This document shows positions 28,760-37,309 of a DNA stretch of 64,000 nt, piece by piece. The stretch comes from an uncultured Chloroflexia bacterium. GTDB taxonomy: Bacteria; Chloroflexota; Limnocylindria; Limnocylindrales; CSP1-4. Below the pieces are notes generated by a model, which was not told the origin of the DNA, did no database searches, and saw nothing but the letters and a program-made list of their open reading frames with translations. Location: NCBI GenBank assembly GCA_963745405.1, contig CAVUWY010000002.1, positions 1,317,221 to 1,381,220 on the forward strand, read 5' to 3'. The first letter of the stretch is position 1, and the number at the start of each line of letters is the position of its first letter. A program made the position numbers and the translations under genes.

Positions 28760-30660
28760 GCGACAGGACGATGACTCCCGACGCCGAGGTGGCGCGCTCA
28801 GGCGGTGCCGCGAACGCCTCGGATCCCGCTGTCGACCCGGCGGCGGACCTGGCTCTCCTGCGCCGCTACGAACCGATCGTCCACTACACGAAGGGCGAAT
28901 TGTTCTTTCCCACCGAGGTCGATTCGTACGTCGCGCACAGCTCCCTCTGGGCGCACCGCCCCAGCACCGGCCGGAACGAGCTCCTCGTCGCCGCCGGGCA
29001 GCTCTCGATCGACGACCTGGCTGAGCCTCACACGACCGAGTTCGGTGCCGTCGAATTCCTGCGCCGCGTCGAGGACGTCGACCTGGCGACGCAGGCTCGT
29101 GCGCTGATCGGCGGATCCGCCCAGGACCTGCCCGAGTCGGAGCGGTTCCACCGCGGAGCCGGCCGCCTCGCGCGGGTCGGGTACGCGTCGCGTTTGGTCG
29201 ACGCCGTCTTCACGCTCAGCCTGCTGGTGCGCGGTCACACCCCGGGAGCCGTCGTCGCGGCCTCCGCCCGCGCCTACCGCGAGTCGCTCGCTGAGGATGC
29301 CCGCTACGTCTACTACGGCCGGGTCGTGAAGGGTGGCGGCTGGGTCGCCCTGCAGTACCGCTTCTTCTTCTACTTCAACGACTACCGCTCGACGTTCGAC
29401 GGCGTCGACGATCACGAGGCCGATTGGGAGATGGCCCTCGTCTATCTGTCGACGAGTCCGGAGGGGGATCTGAAGCCGGAGTGGGTCGCCTACGCGTGTC
29501 ACGACTTCAGCGGTGACGACCTGCGGCGGCGCTGGGATGACCACGAGGGGCTGATCCGGGAGGGCGATCACCCGGTGATCTTCGCCGGCGGCGGATCCCA
29601 CGCCTCGTACTTCAAGCCCGGCGAGTACATCCTGCAGATCGAGCTGCCGATCACGAAGTCCCTCAGGCGGGTCGGCGCGGCGGTGAGCCGCTTCTGGAGC
29701 GGGACCCTGCGGCAGGGTAGAACCGAACGCGCCAGCCTCAGCGTGTTCACGGTGCCCTTCGTCGACTACGCCCGCGGCGACGGCCTCTCGATCGGGCCCG
29801 GCCAGGCCAACACCTGGACACCGGTCAACCTCGACCCGGTGCCCGATTGGGTCACCAAGTACCGGGGGCTGTGGGGCCTGTTCACCGGAGACCAGCTCGG
29901 CGGCGAGGACGCACCCGCCGGCCCCATGTACAACCGCGACGGGACGGTGCGCCATGCCTGGTACGACCCCTTCGGGTTCGCCGGCCTCGACAAGGTCCCC
30001 CCGCCGACCGAGGTCCTGCCACTGCTGGAACGCCGGCGCACCGATCTGGTCGAGGCCAACGACGCCCTCGCCCTCGAGACTGACACGAAGACGAACGAGC
30101 TTCGGCTGCAGAACGAGGAGCTCGCCGCGCTCGACGGCAATCCGTATGTCGAGCGCGAATACGACGAGGTGTCGGCGCAGGTCAAGGCGCTCGCGGCCGA
30201 TCTCCGGAAGTTGCACCGCGCCCATGCGGAGAACACGGCGAGCCTGGAGGCCATCGACCTCCGGATCCAGCGCCTCCGCCGGGGCGCCACCGACGACCCG
30301 AAGGCCCACATCCGGCACGCCAACGAGCCGACCAGCTCCCGGCAGGCCCGCTTTGGCCGCGCCGCCGAGATCTGGGCCGGCATCAGCATCGGCCTCGTCC
30401 TCATCGCCCTGGTGGCGGTCGTGCTGTTCGCGCCCCAGGAGTTCCTGCCGACCGCCGCCTTTCTCATCGGCCTCACGCTGTTCATCGACGCGCTCTTCCG
30501 CGGTGTCGCCGAGCAGTTCGTCAACACGCTGGCGGTGGTCCTCGCCGTTGCCACCGCGGTCATCCTGCTATGGACGTTCTGGCAGCTCCTCATGCTGGGG
30601 CTGCTCCTCGCCGTCGGGATCTATCTGACGTGGGAGAATCTGCAGACGGTCGGCGAGTGA
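28756..30660 (+). CDS. Membrane-anchored protein with Vps62/NPP1-like domain and coiled coil
   Basis: E.FFP..V, QY.FFF.FND, HEADWE, GSHASY motifs; coiled coil; C-terminal TMs. Confidence 0.6.
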   Translation: MSDRTMTPDAEVARSGGAANASDPAVDPAADLALLRRYEPIVHYTKGELFFPTEVDSYVAHSSLWAHRPSTGRNELLVAAGQLSIDDLAEPHTTEFGAVEFLRRVEDVDLATQARALIGGSAQDLPESERFHRGAGRLARVGYASRLVDAVFTLSLLVRGHTPGAVVAASARAYRESLAEDARYVYYGRVVKGGGWVALQYRFFFYFNDYRSTFDGVDDHEADWEMALVYLSTSPEGDLKPEWVAYACHDFSGDDLRRRWDDHEGLIREGDHPVIFAGGGSHASYFKPGEYILQIELPITKSLRRVGAAVSRFWSGTLRQGRTERASLSVFTVPFVDYARGDGLSIGPGQANTWTPVNLDPVPDWVTKYRGLWGLFTGDQLGGEDAPAGPMYNRDGTVRHAWYDPFGFAGLDKVPPPTEVLPLLERRRTDLVEANDALALETDTKTNELRLQNEELAALDGNPYVEREYDEVSAQVKALAADLRKLHRAHAENTASLEAIDLRIQRLRRGATDDPKAHIRHANEPTSSRQARFGRAAEIWAGISIGLVLIALVAVVLFAPQEFLPTAAFLIGLTLFIDALFRGVAEQFVNTLAVVLAVATAVILLWTFWQLLMLGLLLAVGIYLTWENLQTVGE

Positions 30661-30740
30661 TGAGCAACGCGCGCGACCGGCAGCCGCATCCTCGAGGTTC
30701 TCGCGCCGAACCCGCCGCTGCGTCAGGCCCGAGCGGCCGT

Positions 30741-31409
30741 TCAACCCTCCGGGCGCCCGCCACCCCGGACCGCCGCGAGGATCTCGCGCAGGGGTACGAC
30801 GAGGAAGACCGAGACCGCCAGGAAGCACACCGCCCCGAGCGACGGCAGGATGAAGCCCACGGCGATCGAAAGCAGCAGTCCCAGGAGGCCCCGAGTCGAC
30901 TTCGAGGTCAGCTCCGCCAGCTCGTCACCGGTCGCGTCCGCCCGGAGCAGTTCCTTCGACCGCCGGGCGTAACGCCACAGCGCGTCGATGAGCGCCGCGA
31001 TGGCCAGCAAGGCGATGCCATAGAAGACGACCGCCACGCGCTCCGGTTCGCTCTGCCCGAAGTAATCGGCCATGAGGCGGGTCGGGAAGGGCAGGAATGC
31101 CACCACCAGGAGGAGCAGGAGGTTCAGCCGCACGAACAAGCCATCGGCTCGCTCCATGTTGCTCGTGATGGCGACATGGCCGATCCACACCCAGCCGACG
31201 GTGAGGAAGCTGATGAGGTAGGCGAGGTACGACGGCCATGCGGCGGCGAGTGCCCCGAGAAGATCCTTCTCGGCGGCAAGTGGGATCACGATATCGAGGA
31301 CGAGGAGGGTGGTCGCGATCGAGAAGACCCCGTCGCTGAAAGCCTCGAGGCGGGTGAGCGACAGGCCGCGTCTTCTGGCGCCCGGCTGGCCCGGGGTGGA
31401 GGCGGGCAT
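30741..31409 (-). CDS. TMEM175 family K+ channel
   Basis: RLEAFSDGVFSIATTLLVL, W..H, LPFPT. Confidence 0.9.
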   Translation of the reverse strand: MPASTPGQPGARRRGLSLTRLEAFSDGVFSIATTLLVLDIVIPLAAEKDLLGALAAAWPSYLAYLISFLTVGWVWIGHVAITSNMERADGLFVRLNLLLLLVVAFLPFPTRLMADYFGQSEPERVAVVFYGIALLAIAALIDALWRYARRSKELLRADATGDELAELTSKSTRGLLGLLLSIAVGFILPSLGAVCFLAVSVFLVVPLREILAAVRGGGRPEG

Positions 31410-31564
31410 GCTCGCTCGGTCAGGCACGTTCGACCGTATGGGGTTCGTGGCCTTCTCCTCCGTCAGGTCCGTCCCTGGTCCGTACTTGGGCGATGTTATG
31501 GTCCCACCACGGTAACGGGCCGTTCGTCTGCGGCCCGTCGCACGGTGAGGGTGGGGCGGGCGAG

Positions 31565-33199
31565 ATGAAGGGACGATCTGCGCTGATCGCTCTGGCGGGC
31601 GCCCAGTTCGTCATGGTCCTCGACCAAACGGTCATGGGCGTCTCGATCAGCCAGCTGGTCGCCGACTTCAACACCACCGTGACGACGATCCAGGCGATCA
31701 TCACGCTCTACTGCCTTGTCATGGCGATGCTGATGCTCGCGGGCGGCAAGATCGGCGACATCATCGGGCGCCTGCGCGCGTTCCGCATCGGCCTCGTCAT
31801 CTACGGTTGCGGCTCCGCCTTGACGGCGTTCGCCCCGACCGTGGCGATCCTCACCCTGGGCTGGTCGATCCTCGAGGGGATCGGCGCCTCCCTCGTGCTG
31901 CCGGCGATGGTCGCGCTGATCGCCGGCAACTTCGAGGGCAGGGATCGCAAGGTCGCCTACGCCGTCATCGGTGGGGTGGCTGGCGCCGGCATCGCCGTCG
32001 GTCCGATCGTCGGCGGTTGGGCCACCACGGTGCTGAGCTGGCGGGTCGTGTTCATCGGGGAGGTCGTCCTCGTGATCGGGATCTTCGCCATGACCAGGTT
32101 CGTCGGCGACGCCCTCCGCAGCGGGCCCAAACCGCGCCTCGACATCATCGGTGCCGTCCTGTCGGCTGCCGGTCTCGGGTTGATCGTCCTGGGGACCCTC
32201 CAGTCCAGTGTCTGGGGCCTGATCCAGCCGAAGGACGCGCCGGTCGAGCCGTTCGGCCTCGCTCCGACCCTGTTCGTGATCGCCGCCGGTGGCGTTCTCC
32301 TGTGGGCCTTCGTGACCTGGCAGCGGCGTCGCGAGGCGATCGGGAGCGACCCGCTGGTCCATCTTGACCTGCTCAAGATCCGGCCACTGCGATCGGGCCT
32401 GATCGGCCTCTTCACGCAGAACCTCCTGCTGATGGGCGTATTCTTCGTCATCCCGCTCTACCTCCAGCTCGTCCTGGGCCTCAACGCGCTCCAGACAGGT
32501 CTCAGGATGCTGCCCGTGTCGGTCGCGATGTTCGTCATGGCCGCGGCCGGGTCGCGCCTTTCGACCGCCTACTCGGTGCGTTCGATCACAAGGGCGGGCC
32601 TGATCCTCTCCGGCATCGCCTGCGTGATGCTGCTGGCGACCATCAAGCCCGACCTCGCCGACCTCGCCTTCGCCGCGTCGATGGGCGTGCTCGGAGCCGG
32701 AATGGGGTTGATCGCGTCGCAGCTGGGTCTGGTGGTCCAGTCGTCGGTCGACGCCTCCGGCCGCGGCGAGGCAGGAGGTTTGCAGTTCACCGGGCAACAG
32801 CTCGGCTCTTCCCTTGGGGTCGCCCTCATCGGCGCGATCGTTCTGACCGGCCTCGCGAACACGTTCGTCTCCACGATCCAGGCCGACCCGCGCATCAGCC
32901 AGGCGGTCGCCGGACAGGTCGGCACGGAGGTCGCCTCGGGGATCGACTTCGTCTCGTCTGCAGCCATCGAGGCGGCCGCCCAGAAGGCCGGGCTCGACGC
33001 GGTCGCGACAGCCGCGATCGTCGATGACTACGAGCAGGCCCAGTTGCGCTCGCTGAAGGCCGGCCTCCTGGCGGCCGCGCTCCTCGCTCTCGTCTCGCTC
33101 GCGTTCACCGAGGGCCTGCCGGGGAAGGTGCCGATGGTCCCGGTAGCCCCAGATGATGCGGCGGTCACCCCGGACGCGGCCGCGTCGACCGCCGCCTGA
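31565..33199 (+). CDS. MFS transporter (DHA2-like)
   Basis: QFVMVLDQTVM, GGKIGDIIGR, GPIVGG. Confidence 0.88.
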   Translation: MKGRSALIALAGAQFVMVLDQTVMGVSISQLVADFNTTVTTIQAIITLYCLVMAMLMLAGGKIGDIIGRLRAFRIGLVIYGCGSALTAFAPTVAILTLGWSILEGIGASLVLPAMVALIAGNFEGRDRKVAYAVIGGVAGAGIAVGPIVGGWATTVLSWRVVFIGEVVLVIGIFAMTRFVGDALRSGPKPRLDIIGAVLSAAGLGLIVLGTLQSSVWGLIQPKDAPVEPFGLAPTLFVIAAGGVLLWAFVTWQRRREAIGSDPLVHLDLLKIRPLRSGLIGLFTQNLLLMGVFFVIPLYLQLVLGLNALQTGLRMLPVSVAMFVMAAAGSRLSTAYSVRSITRAGLILSGIACVMLLATIKPDLADLAFAASMGVLGAGMGLIASQLGLVVQSSVDASGRGEAGGLQFTGQQLGSSLGVALIGAIVLTGLANTFVSTIQADPRISQAVAGQVGTEVASGIDFVSSAAIEAAAQKAGLDAVATAAIVDDYEQAQLRSLKAGLLAAALLALVSLAFTEGLPGKVPMVPVAPDDAAVTPDAAASTAA

Positions 33200-33294
33200 C
33201 CGAGGGGTCGGAAGCACTCGCCAGCCCCGGTCTGCCGAAGCTCGCCACCCTCGGCGCTTCACCGGCCGTGGTCGTCGGCACCGTCCCAGCGTCG

Positions 33295-33310
33295 TCCGAC
33301 GAGGAGGATG
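33295..33310 (+). promoter_or_regulatory. Conserved 16-bp box, copy 3
   Basis: TCCGACGAGGAGGATG, one mismatch to the other copies. Confidence 0.6.
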
Positions 33311-33413
33311 CGCCGGGCGCTGTTGAGTGGTGGACTCTCTTCTTACGCAGGAGTCGGGCAGGTCGCTGGGCGGTCGGGTCTGCCCGGTCAGATCCCGCTC
33401 GAGGAGGGACACC

Positions 33414-34982
33414 ATGACTTCCAGGCTTGATGGCAAGCGGCCCGCACGGTCCCCCAAGACCGCGGAGCCCGAGGTCAGTGGTCCAGCGGCGTATGACGCG
33501 GCCTGGGGGGTCGAGGCGCCCGCAGGTCCCACCTGGACGGCGCGACCATGGGTCGACCCGACGACCCGGGCCGAGGCGGGCAAGGCGGCCCGCAAGCGAG
33601 TACCCCGCGCCAGCCACGGCGTGTTTGAGCCGGCGGCCGGTCGCGACCCGATCTCGATCCTCGCGGCCCAGGAGGGGGACCGCCTCGCCCAGCTCGTGCC
33701 CCTTCGCCACGAACGGATGGCCGAGTCTCCGTTCGCCTACTACCGGGGCACCGCGGCGGTCCTCGCCTTCGACCTCGCTTCGACGCCGCGGACCGACATC
33801 ATCGTCCAGGCCAGCGGCGATGCCCATCTGTCGAACTTCGGGCTCTTCGCCAGTCCCGAACGAACGATGGTCTTCGACGCCAACGACTTCGACGAAACGC
33901 TGCCCGGCCCCTGGGAATGGGACGTCAAGCGGCTCGCCGCGAGCGTCGTGGTCGCCGGACGCGCGAACGGCTTCAGCGCCGCCCAGAACCGCGAGGCGAC
34001 GATGGCCACCGTCCGCGGCTACCGCCAGTGGATGGCTCGCTACGCGGGGATCCGCCTCCTCGAAATCTGGTATGCCCAGATCACCGAGGCCGATCTCCGC
34101 GCGGCGGGCGAGGCGAGCGGGCTGCTTACAGGCCGAGTCGGGGGTGAACGCCGTGCCCGTCTCGAGGCGGTCTTCAGCAAGGCCCGACGTCGCGACGGCA
34201 TGCGCGCGTTCGAATCCCTTACCGGAGTCGTAGACGGCCGCCGGGTGATCCTCGACGATCCGCCGGTCATCACCCACGTCGAGATCGACGGGGGCCCAGC
34301 CGCCCTCGAGAAGGTCTTCACCGACTACCGGGCCACGATGCCCGAGAGTCGGCGGGCCTTCCTCGAGCGCTATCGCTTCGTCGACTTCGCCCTGAAGGTC
34401 GTTGGCGTCGGCAGCGTCGGGACTCGCTGCTTCGTGCTCGTGCTCGAGGGCCGCGACGAGAGCGACCCGCTGATCCTCCAGGCGAAGGAGGCGACTGCCT
34501 CCGTCCTCGAGCCCTATCTCCCGCCAAGCCAGCACGCCAGCCACGCTCAGCGTGTCGTCGTCGGCCAGCAGTTGATGCAGGCGACGTCCGACATCTTCCT
34601 CGGCTGGACCCGTGGCCCGGGAGGCCGCGACTTCTACCTCCGCCAGCTGTGGGACATGAAGGGCTCGGTGGACACCACGACCCTCGAGGCCTCGGGGCTT
34701 GGCTTCTACGGTGGGATCTGCGGCTGGGCCCTGGCAAGAGGACATGCACGGACAGGTGACGCTGCCGCTATCGCGGCATACCTTGGCGGGAGTGACACGT
34801 TCGACGGGGCCGTCGCCGACTTTGCGGAGACGTACGCCGACCAGAACGAGCGCGACCACGCCGCGTATCTCGCCGCGATCGAGGCCGGGCGCGTCTCGAC
34901 CTCATCACGACCGGCGGCGACGCCATCTGGTGGGGCATCGTCACGATCGCGACCGTCGGCTACGGCGACTACTACCCGGTGA
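33414..34982 (+). CDS. DUF2252 kinase-like protein
   Basis: GDAHLSNFG, NDFDE, PWEWDVKRL, KVVGVGSVG; GAGGAGG RBS. Confidence 0.88.
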   Translation: MTSRLDGKRPARSPKTAEPEVSGPAAYDAAWGVEAPAGPTWTARPWVDPTTRAEAGKAARKRVPRASHGVFEPAAGRDPISILAAQEGDRLAQLVPLRHERMAESPFAYYRGTAAVLAFDLASTPRTDIIVQASGDAHLSNFGLFASPERTMVFDANDFDETLPGPWEWDVKRLAASVVVAGRANGFSAAQNREATMATVRGYRQWMARYAGIRLLEIWYAQITEADLRAAGEASGLLTGRVGGERRARLEAVFSKARRRDGMRAFESLTGVVDGRRVILDDPPVITHVEIDGGPAALEKVFTDYRATMPESRRAFLERYRFVDFALKVVGVGSVGTRCFVLVLEGRDESDPLILQAKEATASVLEPYLPPSQHASHAQRVVVGQQLMQATSDIFLGWTRGPGGRDFYLRQLWDMKGSVDTTTLEASGLGFYGGICGWALARGHARTGDAAAIAAYLGGSDTFDGAVADFAETYADQNERDHAAYLAAIEAGRVSTSSRPAATPSGGASSRSRPSATATTTR

Positions 34983-35044
34983 CCATGCTCGGTCGCCTCA
35001 CCGCGATCTTCGTCATGTTCGCCGGCGGTGCCGCCGGCGAGTAG
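34904..35044 (+). pseudogene. K+ channel pore fragment
   Basis: Alternative frame reads GDAIWWGIVTIATVGYGDYYPVTMLGR. Confidence 0.75.
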
Positions 35045-35204
35045 CGGAGCCCACGGCGATCGGACGGCAGCCTATCGAACGGTCGGGTCGCCAGCGCGAA
35101 CGCCGGTGCTTTTCGCCCTGGCCCCCGAGCGCATACTCGTGGCCCATGCCGGCTCGCAAGACACCGATCCCCCACCCCGCCGCGGCCACGGAGAGGCCGC
35201 GGGT

Positions 35205-35891
35205 GTGAACGGGGACCGCGCGGGGACAGGCGCGCCGGAGTTCGCCAAACCAGTGGTCGGCGAGTCCCGTTGGCCTATGGCCCTGGCCGTGCTCGCCCTC
35301 ATGGTCGCAGCGATCCTCACGCCGTCCGGTCTCTCACTCGTGCCCGGCTGGGTGCTCGCGGCGGTCGAGGGCCTCCTGCTGGTGGCGCTCATCGTGGGCG
35401 ACCCCGGCCGGATCGACCGCACGGGACCGTGGCAGCGGCGAACGTCCGTCGCCCTGGTCGTCGTGATCCTCGCCAGCACGCTCGGGTCGACCGTGCTCCT
35501 CGTCTCTGACATCCTGACCGGGTCCTCGCTGACGAGCCAGGCCGACCAGGTGCTCCTCGCCGGGGCGAAGGTCTGGCTCGGCAACAACATCGCCTTCGCG
35601 TTCCTCTACTGGGAGTTCGACGCGGGCGGACCGGCCGCCCGTGCCCACGGGATGCCTCGCTACCCCGCCCTCGCGTTCCCCCAGCAGCTGAGCCCGGACC
35701 TCGCTCCGCCGGGATGGCGGCCCGAGTTCATCGACTACCTCTACGTGGGCTTCACCACTGCAAATGCCTTCAGTCCGACCGACACGATGCCGATGGTCCA
35801 CTGGACCAAGGTGGCGATGGGCACGCAGGCGCTGATCTCCTTCGCCGTGGTCGGCCTTGTCCTCGCCCGAGCGGTGAACGTCCTCAAGTGA
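35205..35891 (+). CDS. DUF1345-like membrane protein
   Basis: YWEFDAGGP, FIDYLYVGFT...AFSPTD. Confidence 0.8.
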   Translation: MNGDRAGTGAPEFAKPVVGESRWPMALAVLALMVAAILTPSGLSLVPGWVLAAVEGLLLVALIVGDPGRIDRTGPWQRRTSVALVVVILASTLGSTVLLVSDILTGSSLTSQADQVLLAGAKVWLGNNIAFAFLYWEFDAGGPAARAHGMPRYPALAFPQQLSPDLAPPGWRPEFIDYLYVGFTTANAFSPTDTMPMVHWTKVAMGTQALISFAVVGLVLARAVNVLK

Positions 35892-35939
35892 TGTAGCTCG
35901 GTGGGATCGACCTGCCGACCCGGTGGGGCAACGTCGGGC

Positions 35940-35970
35940 TTGACCTTCGAGTGACTTGAAGGTGTAGGGT
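35940..35970 (+). promoter_or_regulatory. MerR-type promoter/operator
   Basis: TTGACC-19 bp-TAGGGT with dyad ACCTTCGAG-TGA-CTTGAAGGT; ATG 6 nt downstream. Confidence 0.8.
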
Positions 35971-35976
35971 CCGGCC

Positions 35977-36819
35977 ATGAAGGTGTCCGAGCTCGCCGAG
36001 CGCGCTGCCGTCGCTCCCTCGACGGTCCGCTGGTACGAGTCGGTCGGGATCCTCCCGCCGGCGACCCGTCGGCCGAACGGGTATCGCGAATATGCCGACG
36101 AGGACCTCGCCCGACTGCGGCTCGTCGTCAGCTTGCGGCGGCTCGGGCTTGGGCCCCAGGACGCCGGCCGGATCGCCCACCTGTGCATGGAACGGGGAAC
36201 CATCGATCGCGACCTCGTGCCGCTCATCGTCGGTCAGCGAGCCGCCATCTCCCGTCAGCGCGAGGAGCTCGATCGGCTCGACGCCGAGCTCGTCGACCTC
36301 GAGGAGACGATCGGGGCCGCGAACCGGGCCCACCACGACCGAAAGGAATGCCCGATGTCCGACGCGCCGATCCGGGTCCTCTTCGTCTGCACGGGGAACA
36401 GCGCCCGGAGCCAGATCGCCGAGGCGGTCCTCCGGCGGCTCGGCGGCTCCGATTTCGAGGTCTTCTCGGCCGGCACCGAGCCGAGGGGCATCAACCCGTA
36501 CACGCTCCGGGTCCTCGACGACGCCGGGATCGACTGGTCAGCAGGCCGGAGCAAGTCTGTCGACGAGTTCACGGGCCAGTCCTTCGACTACGTCATCACC
36601 GTGTGCGATCGGGCTCGCCAGTCGTGCCCCGTATTCCCCGGTTCGTACAACTCGCTCCACTGGGGCCTCGAGGACCCGGCTGAAGTGGAGGGCACCGACG
36701 CGGAGCGGCTCGGCGCCTTCCAGCGGACCTATCTCGAGCTCAACCAGCGCATCCGTCCTTTCGTCGAGGTAGCCCTTCGGGCAGCCGGTCGCGGCCGGCG
36801 TCCATCCATCGCCGGGTGA
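35977..36819 (+). CDS. MerR regulator fused to ArsC/LMW-PTP arsenate reductase
   Basis: MerR HTH (TVRWYE..G.L...R..NGYREY) and CTGNSARSQ, ITVCD, CP, DPA. Confidence 0.85.
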   Translation: MKVSELAERAAVAPSTVRWYESVGILPPATRRPNGYREYADEDLARLRLVVSLRRLGLGPQDAGRIAHLCMERGTIDRDLVPLIVGQRAAISRQREELDRLDAELVDLEETIGAANRAHHDRKECPMSDAPIRVLFVCTGNSARSQIAEAVLRRLGGSDFEVFSAGTEPRGINPYTLRVLDDAGIDWSAGRSKSVDEFTGQSFDYVITVCDRARQSCPVFPGSYNSLHWGLEDPAEVEGTDAERLGAFQRTYLELNQRIRPFVEVALRAAGRGRRPSIAG

Positions 36820-36971
36820 GGTCGCTTCCGCTCGGTCCAGCCCTGGTCGCCGAGGCGATCGGGACGTTCGCCCTCGTCTTCGCCGGCTGCGGCGCCATCG
36901 TCATCGGCTCCGTCGGTCCGGCAAGCCCGCATGGCACGAGCGGAGATCCGATCGCCGCGCCCGTGGCGTAG
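36816..36971 (+). pseudogene. Truncated MIP/aquaporin
   Basis: LVAEAIGTFALVFAGCGAIV (MIP TM1), stops at 51 aa without NPA. Confidence 0.65.
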
Positions 36972-37019
36972 ATACCCGTGGAGGAGCTGGGCGTCGAAGT
37001 CAGCTGGGACGGTGACCCG

Positions 37020-37220
37020 ATGGACCGCTCTATGACGGAGGCGCTCGTCCGCGACCGGATGCGCGCGCGACTCGAAGAGGCGCAGCGCGAACGCCTGGCT
37101 ACGATGGCGTCGTCGAAGCCGAAGTTACCGACGAGACGCCACCAGCGTTCTCTTCCAAAGCTCGGGCGGTTCGCACCCGACATGCTTCGCCGGAGGATCG
37201 GGGACATCCTCACGTCCTGA
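37020..37220 (+). CDS. Small hypothetical protein
   Basis: MDRSMTEALVRDRMRARLEEAQRERLA helical ORF filling the gap. Confidence 0.45.
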   Translation: MDRSMTEALVRDRMRARLEEAQRERLATMASSKPKLPTRRHQRSLPKLGRFAPDMLRRRIGDILTS

Positions 37221-37309
37221 CGCCGTCCCCGCGGTCCCACCGCGGCCGACCCGCGATCGCCGGCGGCCGGACCCGGACGTAGCGGCCGGGGCGCCGCTAC
37301 GATCGGCGG

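Noticed and set aside
31451-31470. Fourth copy of the 16-bp box
   Set aside because: Too many mismatches to support.
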